A stretch of 64,000 bases of DNA from Candidatus Woesearchaeota archaeon CG10_big_fil_rev_8_21_14_0_10_44_13 (GTDB lineage Archaea > Nanobdellota > Nanobdellia > Woesearchaeales > UBA12501): the NCBI GenBank assembly GCA_002762985.1, contig PCXZ01000034.1:8431-72430 (forward strand). The letters are read 5' to 3'. Under the pieces are notes generated by a model. That model was given only the letters and a program-made list of their open reading frames with translations. It was not told where the DNA came from and did not search any database. Positions 56,107 through 64,000 of the stretch are shown here, in pieces. The position numbers and the translations under genes were made by a program. Every line of letters begins with the position of its first letter. Position 1 is the stretch's first letter.

Positions 56107-56730
56107 TCATCCGATGATCCCATAAAAACCGTACATCAGCCTGTCTTTCAGGGCTGTAAACGCAAAATCTGATTCTGCTGACATGATGATGCACCCATCA
56201 TCATATGTTATCCTGGTTTCTGTTGAATTCATGAAATAGATTACCGGCACATTCAGGGTTGCATTCCTGCATGTAACCTGCGTGATGTTGAATTCATTCG
56301 CATCAGTGAATGCGTAGACAGAATATATCCCCTCCTGAGCGAGGCTTTTCTGCAGCTCAAACTCTGCGCTTGCTATGCCTTTCTTGAACAGGCTGTCAGG
56401 TTCAGATGTCATATACACCATCTTCGTGTTCTTTATGACCCAGAATGCCTCCTTGCTCGCGTTTATCATCTCTGCATTTTCAGGCAATGTTGAGAAATCT
56501 ATCCTCTTGCCGTCAATCTTGGTGTATATCCTGTCTCCTGCCTCATTGAACTTGAATTCATTGTATATTATGGCATTGCCCCCCTCCCACATATAGCCTA
56601 TCCCGCTTGCCACCATTATCACTATTATGATTATGGCGAATATTGTGGGGGTAGAGATCAGCTTTTTCCGCTCTGGCTCAGCTTCCACAGATTCCTTCAT
56701 CATCCTTCCCGTTTTCTTGAATTTCTTCAT
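56107..56730 (-). CDS. hypothetical signal-anchored secreted protein
   Basis: N-terminal TM (IFAIIIIVIMVASGIGYMW) followed by a ~150-aa domain. It is co-oriented with the previous gene. Confidence 0.5.
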   Translation of the reverse strand: MKKFKKTGRMMKESVEAEPERKKLISTPTIFAIIIIVIMVASGIGYMWEGGNAIIYNEFKFNEAGDRIYTKIDGKRIDFSTLPENAEMINASKEAFWVIKNTKMVYMTSEPDSLFKKGIASAEFELQKSLAQEGIYSVYAFTDANEFNITQVTCRNATLNVPVIYFMNSTETRITYDDGCIIMSAESDFAFTALKDRLMYGFYGIIG

Positions 56731-56941
56731 TATAAGGCCCTAAAAAGGGGTCTTTTTAAATTTTTTATGATTATTGCCAAGGTTTTTCTTGATGGAATCG
56801 GGTTGGTTTATCTTCTGCAAACAAAATATTTATATATAGGTTATCATATTTAATAAGTAGAAGTAATATTTAGTAATAATTAGTATGTATTGGTATGAAA
56901 ATGCCCTAAAATCAATAATGTATACAAGTGCATGAGACAAA

Positions 56942-57100
56942 ATGAAGGCTAAAGGAAAGGAAAGGATCACGATAACAATCGAGAAGGACCTGCTTGACTG
57001 GCTTGACAAAAGGGTAGAAGAGAAGATATTCGCCAACAGGAGCCATGGCTTCGAGTTCATGATAAAAAGGAAGATTGATGAGGAAAATGAAAGAAAGTAA
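56942..57100 (+). CDS. 52-aa ribbon-helix-helix (CopG/Arc-like) mini-protein overlapping the start of the ABC ATPase gene
   Basis: MKAKGKERITITIEKDLLDWLDKRVEEKIFANRSHGFEFMIKRKIDEENERK. The ITITI beta-strand + helix pattern is typical of RHH DNA binders. I translated it by hand; it is below the ORF-track size cutoff. Confidence 0.3.
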   Translation: MKAKGKERITITIEKDLLDWLDKRVEEKIFANRSHGFEFMIKRKIDEENERK

Positions 57101-57812
57101 AACGAAAAAGACCATCATAAAGCTTGAGAACGTGTGGAAGATCTACACCATGGGGCATGTGGAAGTCCCTGCACTCAGGGGCCTTGATATCGAGATAAAG
57201 GAGGGTGAATTCGTCGCATTGATGGGGCCTTCAGGCTCTGGAAAAAGCACATCGATGAACATGGTTGGCTGCCTTGATATCCCCACCAAAGGCAGGATTT
57301 TTCTTGCCGGCAAGAACATCTCCCACATGACTGAATCAGAGCTAGCCCAGATAAGGGGGAGAAAAATAGGGTTTATTTTCCAGCAGTTCAACCTCATACC
57401 TACACTTACTGCATTGGAGAATGTAGCATTGCCCATGATATTCCAGAATACCACAAAAGAGCAGAGGATGGAGAGGGCAGAAGAGCTTCTCAACCTCGTC
57501 GGATTGGGCGACAGGATTAATCACAAGCCTTCTGAGATGAGCGGAGGCCAGCAGCAGAGGGTTGCTATTGCAAGATCGCTTGCGAATGATCCTGATGTCA
57601 TACTCGCAGATGAGCCCACTGGAAACCTTGACAGCAAGACTGGCGATTCTGTCATAGATTTCCTGACCAATCTTCATATAACAAAAGGAAAGACCATAAT
57701 CATGGTCACGCATGACGCTCATGTCGCTGAGAGTGCTGAAAGGATAGAGCTGCTTAAGGACGGCAGGATAGTAAGCACGAAAAAAGGCAAACATCATAAA
57801 AAACATGAATGA
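57075..57812 (+). CDS. ABC transporter ATP-binding protein (MacB/LolD/FtsE-like)
   Basis: Walker A GPSGSGKST, Q-loop, LSGGQQQRVAIARSL signature, Walker B ILADEPTGNLD and an H-loop. Confidence 0.9.
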   Translation: MMRKMKESKTKKTIIKLENVWKIYTMGHVEVPALRGLDIEIKEGEFVALMGPSGSGKSTSMNMVGCLDIPTKGRIFLAGKNISHMTESELAQIRGRKIGFIFQQFNLIPTLTALENVALPMIFQNTTKEQRMERAEELLNLVGLGDRINHKPSEMSGGQQQRVAIARSLANDPDVILADEPTGNLDSKTGDSVIDFLTNLHITKGKTIIMVTHDAHVAESAERIELLKDGRIVSTKKGKHHKKHE

Positions 57813-59178
57813 GGTAGGGGATATGAAAGATAAAATCGTAAAATGGATTGTTAGGGGCTTTGCACTGATGGTCATGATGCTCATGGTTATGCCTATGGCA
57901 TTCGCAGCCTATTCTGACACTAAGAGTGTCGCATTGAAAAGGCAGACCGGCACGCCTAACCTGCAGATAGTCACGCTCAAATATGAGCCCTTCCCTGTCT
58001 CGCCGGGGGAATACATGGATCTCTGGCTGAAGATAGGCAATGAGGGGGATGGGGACATAACTGACCTCACTTTCGAGATCGTGCCTGAATTCCCATTCAG
58101 CATAGACACGAATGAGCAGGCTGGAAGGGATTATGGGCTTGTGCTTGCAAACTCGTTGGTCCTTGCGCATTACAAGGTGAGGGTCAGCGAGGCTGCTGTT
58201 GAAGGGGATACTTACCTCAAATACAGGTACAGGTATGTGAACAGTGATATGGAATGGGAGGAAGGCCTTGTCAAGATAAGGATACAGGCGCGCGAAGCGG
58301 TCCTTGATATCCAGTCAGTGCTCTCGGAGCCTGAGATGATCGCTCCTGGCAGAGAGGCTTATGTCACTATAAGGATCAAGAATCTCGCAAGCTCAGTGAT
58401 AAGGGATGTATTGTTCAAGCTGGACCTGTCGATGTCTACAATAGCTAAAAACCCCTCATCATTGGTGCCTACGGCAGTGCTGGTCGATTCATATTATAAT
58501 GCGATACCTCTCGTGCCGATCAACTCCTCAACAGAAAAGAGGATAGGATACATAAAACCTGGGGAGGAGAAAGAGATAACCTATAGGCTTAGGGCATTCG
58601 CTGACGCAGAATCAAAGACATATAAAGTGCCGATAAGGGTGACATACCAGGATGAAGTGGGCGGCAATTTCACGAAAGATGATGTGATAGGGCTGATGAT
58701 AGGCGCTGTGCCTGATCTGGATGTGTTCGTATCCGAGGACACAGTATACTCTGCAAAATCGAACGGCGACATCACCGTGAAGCTTGTGAACAAGGGCATC
58801 ACGGACATAAAATTCCTCAATGTAATACTGAAGCCGTCTGAAAAATACGACTTCATATCGGCCAACATGGTCTATGTCGGTGATCTTGACTCTGATGACT
58901 ATGAGACTGCCGATTTCAAGCTTTATGTGAACAAGCTCGATAAAGGGGACAAGCTGAATCTGCCATTGCACATAGAATATCAGGATTCGAACGGGGTAGA
59001 TTATGCCAAGGACCTTTCTATTGAGCTGAATGCATACAGCATGAAGCACAGGGGCCTTAATGGGGGGAGCAAAGCAGGTCTTGTGGTCTTCATAATCATC
59101 CTTATGGCTGCAGGATGGTACGGCTACAAGAGATGGGAGAAAGGCAAGAAGAAAAAGAAACCCCAGGAATCCAAGTAG
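57805..59178 (+). CDS. large extracellular CARDB/S-layer-like protein with a C-terminal TM anchor, encoded inside the ABC-FtsX operon
   Basis: Signal peptide, then beta-rich repeats (…YEPFPVSPGEYMDLWLKIGNEGDGDITDL…) and a C-terminal TM (GLVVFIIILMAAGWYGY) with a KKKKK tail. Confidence 0.7.
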   Translation: MNEVGDMKDKIVKWIVRGFALMVMMLMVMPMAFAAYSDTKSVALKRQTGTPNLQIVTLKYEPFPVSPGEYMDLWLKIGNEGDGDITDLTFEIVPEFPFSIDTNEQAGRDYGLVLANSLVLAHYKVRVSEAAVEGDTYLKYRYRYVNSDMEWEEGLVKIRIQAREAVLDIQSVLSEPEMIAPGREAYVTIRIKNLASSVIRDVLFKLDLSMSTIAKNPSSLVPTAVLVDSYYNAIPLVPINSSTEKRIGYIKPGEEKEITYRLRAFADAESKTYKVPIRVTYQDEVGGNFTKDDVIGLMIGAVPDLDVFVSEDTVYSAKSNGDITVKLVNKGITDIKFLNVILKPSEKYDFISANMVYVGDLDSDDYETADFKLYVNKLDKGDKLNLPLHIEYQDSNGVDYAKDLSIELNAYSMKHRGLNGGSKAGLVVFIIILMAAGWYGYKRWEKGKKKKKPQESK

Positions 59179-59183
59179 CAATA

Positions 59184-59230
59184 TGTTTTTTGCTTTTTAT
59201 TGAAAATCTCGCCAAGTGCGAGATTTTCAA
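59184..59230 (+). terminator. T-tract (tgttttttgctttttatt) followed by a perfect 11-bp hairpin (gaaaatctcgc-caagt-gcgagattttc)
   Basis: The T-tract lies directly after the stop codon at 59178. The hairpin is at 59204-59230. Further short hairpins follow, and a second T-tract lies at ~59352-59375. Confidence 0.4.
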
Positions 59231-59419
59231 GACTAAAAACTCGCTCATCAAAGCGAGGAGCACAATGCCCATAAATTTTAGGAAGGGATAACCAAAACCG
59301 AAGGTTTTTGATTATGAAAATAAAAATTTCCAGTGGCTCCGAACTGCGAGTTTTTATTATTTATTTTATGATTATTGCAGTTTTTGTGATTGTCATAGTC
59401 TGCAGAATGAAGTGATAAT

Positions 59420-60643
59420 ATGCTGATTGACTACCTGAAGCTGGCCGTGAACAACCTACTGAAAAGGAGGATGAGGTCCTGGCTGACCTTGATAGGCATA
59501 TTCATAGGCATAGCTGCAGTCGTTTCTTTGATTGGTCTTGGAGAAGGGTTGAGGATTGCAATCTCCTCACAGTTCAACATGCTTGGGACTGATACAATAA
59601 CAATCCAGGCAAGCGGAGTCCAGTACGGGCCGCCGGGAACCGGTGTCGTGACGCCTTTGAAGCAGGATTATGTCGACAAGATAGCCAATGTCGATGGCGT
59701 TGATTTTGCCATAGGAAGGCTCCTGAAGACATCCAAGGTTGAGTTCAATGACAGGGCCACATTCACTGTAGCAGGCAGCATGCCCTCAGGGCAGCATAGG
59801 GGGGATATTGAGGAAAGGATCAACCTGAAGGCGGATCAAGGAAGGCTTCTAAGGGATGGAGACAAGTATAAAGTATTGATGGGAAGCAAGTATGATGAGG
59901 ATGACAAGGTTTTTGGGAAGCTCGTGAAAGTCGGAGATACCGTCCTGATACAAGGGAAGGCTTTCGAAGTTGTCGGGATAGCGAAGAATCTCGGGAATTT
60001 TCTAATGGATTATGCTGTGATAGTCAATGAAGATGATATGAGGGATATATTCAATGACAAGGACACCACCAGCATCATAATGGTCATGGTGAAGAAAGGT
60101 GCTGACATGAACAATGTCAAGGAGGATATAGAGAAACTGCTGAGGAAAGAGAGGGACGTCAAGGAGGGCGAGGAGGATTTCACTGTCGAGCTTTCAATAA
60201 ATGCCATAAAGACGCTTGAATCCACATTGTTCGCTGTCCAGCTTTTCGTCTACATAATCGCGGGCATATCGATAGTAGTGGGGGGCATAGGCATAATGAA
60301 CACGATGTACACTGCAGTTGTTGAAAGGACGAAGGAGATAGGCATCCTGAAGTCCATAGGCGCAAGGAACGAGGACATATTCCTCCTGTTCTTCATCGAG
60401 TCCGGATTATTGGGGTTCAGCGGAGGTCTTGCAGGGGCCATAATCGGCGTGATACTGGCAAAAACCCTTGCTTTCATAGGAGCTATGCAGCTCGGCACAG
60501 ATCTCATACATGCGGATATAGCATGGTGGCTGATAACAGGCGCTTTGTCGTTCTCGTTCTTAATCGGATGTGTAGCAGGGATAACACCTGCATGGAGGGC
60601 ATCAAGGCTGCATCCTGTTGATGCACTGAGGTATGCGAAATGA
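59420..60643 (+). CDS. ABC transporter permease, FtsX/MacB-like, with a large extracytoplasmic loop
   Basis: 407 aa. The N-terminal TM is followed by a ~230-aa loop and a C-terminal 3-TM bundle (...GILKSIGARNEDIFLLFFIESG...). Confidence 0.8.
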   Translation: MLIDYLKLAVNNLLKRRMRSWLTLIGIFIGIAAVVSLIGLGEGLRIAISSQFNMLGTDTITIQASGVQYGPPGTGVVTPLKQDYVDKIANVDGVDFAIGRLLKTSKVEFNDRATFTVAGSMPSGQHRGDIEERINLKADQGRLLRDGDKYKVLMGSKYDEDDKVFGKLVKVGDTVLIQGKAFEVVGIAKNLGNFLMDYAVIVNEDDMRDIFNDKDTTSIIMVMVKKGADMNNVKEDIEKLLRKERDVKEGEEDFTVELSINAIKTLESTLFAVQLFVYIIAGISIVVGGIGIMNTMYTAVVERTKEIGILKSIGARNEDIFLLFFIESGLLGFSGGLAGAIIGVILAKTLAFIGAMQLGTDLIHADIAWWLITGALSFSFLIGCVAGITPAWRASRLHPVDALRYAK

Positions 60644-61854
60644 AGCTCGATTATCTGTTATATGCATTTGAGAACGTGAAGCACAAGAAGATGAGGAGCA
60701 TGCTGACTGTGCTTTCGATACTCATAGGTATAATGGCTATCTTTGCCTTAGTGAGCTTCGGCCAGGGCCTCTCAAGCTATATCAATGACCTTTCCACTCA
60801 GATGGGGACTGACAAGATTATGATTTATGCAAAAGGTGTCGGCGCTCCAGGCACTGATGATACATTCAAGATACTCAAGAGCGAGATTGATTTTGTCGGC
60901 AAGGTCAGAGGCATAAGCGAGATAACAGGCATGTATGCTTCTGTTGTTGAGGTTGAATTCAACAAGCAGAAAAAATATGCCTACTCTGTAGGCCTGTCGC
61001 AGGGCAAGGAGAAGGCAATGATAGAGGAGATGATAAATATCAAGGTAGATGAAGGCAGGGACCTGAAGGAAGGCGACAAGATGAAGGTTGTCTTAGGGGA
61101 CAATTACAGGATTCCTGAAAAGATATTCAAGAAGCCCGTTAAGGTGGGGGATATAATCAAGGTCAATGGTGTTGATGTCCAGGTTGTAGGATTCTATGAA
61201 CCCATAGGCAATCCGCAGGATGATGCCCAGGTGTATTTCACGATTGAAGGGATGGAAACGCTACTCCCTGCAAAAAAAGACAGGTATGATTATGCTATCG
61301 CAAGGGTCAATCCTGACATGAACCCTCAGGAGGTAGCGAAGAGGGCTGCTGAAAAGCTTAGGAAATACAAGGGCCAGAAAGAGGGTCAGGAGGATTTCTA
61401 CATACAGACATTCGAACAGATGATTGAGACTTTTACTACAATATTCAATGTTTTGAACGGTGTCCTTGTGCTCATTGCCCTGATCTCGCTTATTGTCGCC
61501 GCAGTCAATATTGCCAATACTATGTACACTGCTGTCCTGGAGAGGACAAGGGAAATCGGAATAATGAAGGCTGTCGGTGCAAAGAATTTTGATATTGCAA
61601 TGATGTTCCTTTTCGAAGCCGGATTGTTAGGGGCAGTAGGGGGGGCATTGGGTATTTTCATGGGCTATCTGATAGCCAGATTAGGCGGATTCATAGCGGC
61701 AAATGCGGGATATTCTCTTCTGTATCCGATATTCCCGGCCTGGCTGATCATCGGCTGCCTGCTGTTCTCGTTCTTTGTAGGGGCATTGTCGGGTCTTTTC
61801 CCTGCGATACAGGCATCGAAGCTGAAGCCTGTGGATGCTTTGAGATACGAGTAA
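60640..61854 (+). CDS. ABC transporter permease, FtsX/MacB-like (second copy)
   Basis: 404 aa with the same topology (GIMKAVGAKNFDIAMMFLFEAG). It overlaps the previous gene (ATGA). Confidence 0.8.
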   Translation: MKLDYLLYAFENVKHKKMRSMLTVLSILIGIMAIFALVSFGQGLSSYINDLSTQMGTDKIMIYAKGVGAPGTDDTFKILKSEIDFVGKVRGISEITGMYASVVEVEFNKQKKYAYSVGLSQGKEKAMIEEMINIKVDEGRDLKEGDKMKVVLGDNYRIPEKIFKKPVKVGDIIKVNGVDVQVVGFYEPIGNPQDDAQVYFTIEGMETLLPAKKDRYDYAIARVNPDMNPQEVAKRAAEKLRKYKGQKEGQEDFYIQTFEQMIETFTTIFNVLNGVLVLIALISLIVAAVNIANTMYTAVLERTREIGIMKAVGAKNFDIAMMFLFEAGLLGAVGGALGIFMGYLIARLGGFIAANAGYSLLYPIFPAWLIIGCLLFSFFVGALSGLFPAIQASKLKPVDALRYE

Positions 61855-61962
61855 AACGAGTATCTCAAAGTCAAGGAACGAATGGAGTGAGTGACGGACT
61901 TTACGTTACGAATGAGATGAGCAATAGCTGGATTGATGATATGGGGGATAGAAATAAGGAGA

Positions 61963-62913
61963 TTATCTCTGCATCATCCTGATATACCCTTCAAGCTTGA
62001 CCTTTATCATTCCCTTCAGTTCATCGTCAAACTTCAACTTTTTGATTTCCTTATCAACATCAATGCTCGGCATCTTTGTCAATGTTCCCATGAACTTCCT
62101 GCCTGCTTTCTTCGCCTCTGTCTCAATCATCTTTGCCTCTTTCGATCCGAACCTCTTCAGCGCAGGGAACTTTGAGATTGAATCAGCGCCTGCCTTCAGC
62201 AGTACAGAGACATACCCCGGCCTGTCAAGCCATATGCCGCATTGGATGTCCATCTTCGGGAATTCCTTTCTTGTTTTCCTTATCCATTCTGCCTGGTATC
62301 CTGCTGTAGGCGGCTTTGATCCCTCAAATATCGTGCCTTTCTGGGGATTCAGGCCATAGAAATGTATCTTTGTTATGCTGTGCTTCCTTATGAACTTTGA
62401 CAGTATGCCATAATCATCTAATGTTTCGCCCAATCCGAGGATTATTGTCATCGCCCTTTTCAGCCCTAGCTTTTTTGCCTCAACAAACATCTTCTCGAAT
62501 GGCGCCACTGGCTTTGATGGGCAGACAAAATCATGGATTTCCGGATTGATCGTCTCTATCGATCCGACAACACCTTCTGTGTAAGGCTTGAACTCCAGAA
62601 GCTCTGTCCTTGTCAATGGACCTATGTTCACCCAGAACTTCTCTCCAGAGATAGCCTTCATCTTCTTCAGCAGCTCCCTGAAGTCCTCTGTCTTATAGGC
62701 GTTATGGCCCCCGGAAACAAAGCCTATCTTCCAGCCGAGCTTTTTGCATAAGATAAGCTCTGCAAGCAGGGATTCTGTTGTCCTTCTGGCTATCTTTCCA
62801 TTGTTTCCATTGCCCGGCTTCTGCTGCGTTGACATATAGCAGTATTTGCAATCGCCGATAGAGCAGTACCAGCTGAAGAATATTGCGCGTTCGAAGCATG
62901 TTTTCTTTGCCAT
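61963..62913 (-). CDS. radical SAM protein of the BioB/ThiH/HydE-like subgroup
   Basis: CSIGDCKYCYMS resembles the biotin-synthase-type CxxxCxxC region (here Cx4Cx2C). I infer a TIM-barrel-type rSAM; the specific function is not assignable. Confidence 0.5.
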   Translation of the reverse strand: MAKKTCFERAIFFSWYCSIGDCKYCYMSTQQKPGNGNNGKIARRTTESLLAELILCKKLGWKIGFVSGGHNAYKTEDFRELLKKMKAISGEKFWVNIGPLTRTELLEFKPYTEGVVGSIETINPEIHDFVCPSKPVAPFEKMFVEAKKLGLKRAMTIILGLGETLDDYGILSKFIRKHSITKIHFYGLNPQKGTIFEGSKPPTAGYQAEWIRKTRKEFPKMDIQCGIWLDRPGYVSVLLKAGADSISKFPALKRFGSKEAKMIETEAKKAGRKFMGTLTKMPSIDVDKEIKKLKFDDELKGMIKVKLEGYIRMMQR

Positions 62914-63046
62914 GGCCTTGCAATCAGGCCGGGCTTTAAAAATGTTTTTTAAGGGCTCAGGGGTTTAAAGGGCAAGGGTTTTTATAATTACTTAAAAGTA
63001 GTTAAAAATAGAAAGATTTATATTCAACAATATCTTCCATATACGA

Positions 63047-63850
63047 ATGAGAGTAGGATTATATGCTATAAGGACGTTCGGGAAAAGAGAGACAGAAGCA
63101 GCTCTGGGCATAAGGGCGATTCTTGACGAAATCTGTCTGGACCTTCTTGTCGCTCCGGAATACACCAACATTCCGTTTGAGGAAGCTGTTGAGCTAAGCA
63201 AAACCGATCCGGATGTTCTCCTGATCCCCGGCACGACAATAATTAGGGGGGGATTTGAGAACGCAGATGAGATTGAGGATGGAATTAAGGGGGAAAAGAA
63301 CCATCAGCTGTATAACCAGGCATTTATACTTAAGGGAGGGAGAGGAATAAGACAAGATGAAGACATAATGGGGATAGATGGTAAGGTCATTACAAAGGAT
63401 AAGAAATTGATCAGTGGATATAACAAGATGTCAATATTCGCAAGAAGAGGTTATTCTGATATGGACCATCTTCCTGAACACATGATGGGGAAGAACCAAT
63501 TTACGCCCGGCACATACCCTTGCGTATTCAGTTATGGCGGGAAGATCATTGGAATAGAGATATGCTCCGATCATTTCAGGGGCATAGGCAGTGATGATAA
63601 TAAGATCCCTGTCCTGAAAAAGTATATGGGCAATAATATCCTTGATATCCAGGTCATCATATCATGCGGAGCAAAGGGTTTCTCGCCTAATGCTGTAAAG
63701 CCGGAAGGATATGCCCTGCTTGTAGACGGAGATGAAACCCCGTCAGCATTTGCCGTTGGTCCAAAAGGGAATCTAAACCCCTCAAAAGTCATTCCAATAA
63801 AAGCAGATTGCAGGGGGGATGACAAGCCCTATATATTTAACCTAAGATAG
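63047..63850 (+). CDS. hypothetical protein, possibly a carbon-nitrogen hydrolase (nitrilase superfamily)-like fold
   Basis: LLVAPEY (Glu-containing), and GIEICSDHF resembles the catalytic Cys segment of CN hydrolases. The match is weak. Confidence 0.35.
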   Translation: MRVGLYAIRTFGKRETEAALGIRAILDEICLDLLVAPEYTNIPFEEAVELSKTDPDVLLIPGTTIIRGGFENADEIEDGIKGEKNHQLYNQAFILKGGRGIRQDEDIMGIDGKVITKDKKLISGYNKMSIFARRGYSDMDHLPEHMMGKNQFTPGTYPCVFSYGGKIIGIEICSDHFRGIGSDDNKIPVLKKYMGNNILDIQVIISCGAKGFSPNAVKPEGYALLVDGDETPSAFAVGPKGNLNPSKVIPIKADCRGDDKPYIFNLR

Positions 63851-64000
63851 GGCTGTTGTTTTCATGACTGCTGAATGCTAAAAATAGCAAAATTTATATC
63901 GGAATAATGAGGATTTGATTTTATGGTTGAGGATAAATCGAGATCAAATAAGAAAAACTGCGCATCAGTGGATGAGTTTTGTTTTGTGGCGGTTGACAGC

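Noticed and set aside
1-64000. tRNA, rRNA and CRISPR arrays
   Set aside because: I scanned every intergenic gap over 60 nt for cloverleaf-compatible GC-rich acceptor/T-arm patterns and for regularly spaced direct repeats. I found none. The only repeat structures are the segmental duplication at 5.8/7.5 kb and short operator-like repeats.

Overview
The window is AT-rich (~40% GC), compact, and almost certainly archaeal. It carries a nop5-fibrillarin pair, an archaeal-type ValRS with a PPPTVSG motif, CysRS, CTP synthase, UMP kinase, SecD/SecF, and a four-subunit pyruvate:ferredoxin oxidoreductase with a cutA gene lodged between porD and porA. Promoters are TATA-type and leaderless, and the 18-mer 'tacaaaatatttataaat' recurs at two unrelated genes. 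Several secreted proteins carry class-III (type-IV-pilin-like) signal peptides. These features fit a small-genome, possibly DPANN-type, archaeon.

The window splits into three parts.

(i) 1-16.4 kb. Surface proteins, an M50 protease and pyrG sit at the start. A RelE/ParE-like toxin-antitoxin pair follows. Next is a 1.3-kb cassette holding only an AAA+/DUF4143 ATPase gene, flanked by ~250-bp direct repeats that duplicate the 5' end of an lgt-like gene and an ATGTTACAC-N6-GTAACAT operator-like palindrome. The rest of this part is a minus-strand cluster: GGPP synthase, an MNT/HEPN pair, a B12-binding radical SAM, a GT2 glycosyltransferase, two SPASM radical SAMs and a SAM methyltransferase.

(ii) 16.4-30.3 kb, the most unusual locus. 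Two paralogous giant Cys-rich secreted proteins (1088 and ~1245 aa) with KKAQ/KKGQ pilin-like signal peptides bracket three Lgt paralogs. One Lgt gene is co-transcribed with a SPASM radical SAM, an S/T-rich two-pass membrane protein ending in a CDSCSSC motif, and a 52-aa membrane peptide that is not in the ORF track. A protein with 'DNDCDG' Cys-repeats and an internally repeated membrane protein complete the locus. A fourth Lgt paralog lies at 7.5 kb.

(iii) 30-64 kb is housekeeping: the POR operon, nop5/flpA and the aminoacyl-tRNA synthetases. Interspersed with these are a third, split copy of the pilin-signal family followed by a 1059-aa secreted protein with a peptidoglycan-binding-like domain; a glutaredoxin; a DsbA-like protein; a ~170-nt ORF-free candidate structured RNA; and an ABC/FtsX transporter operon preceded by an RHH-like mini-ORF and containing a hairpin-rich gap.

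I found no rRNA, no convincing tRNA, no CRISPR array and no transposase or integrase.
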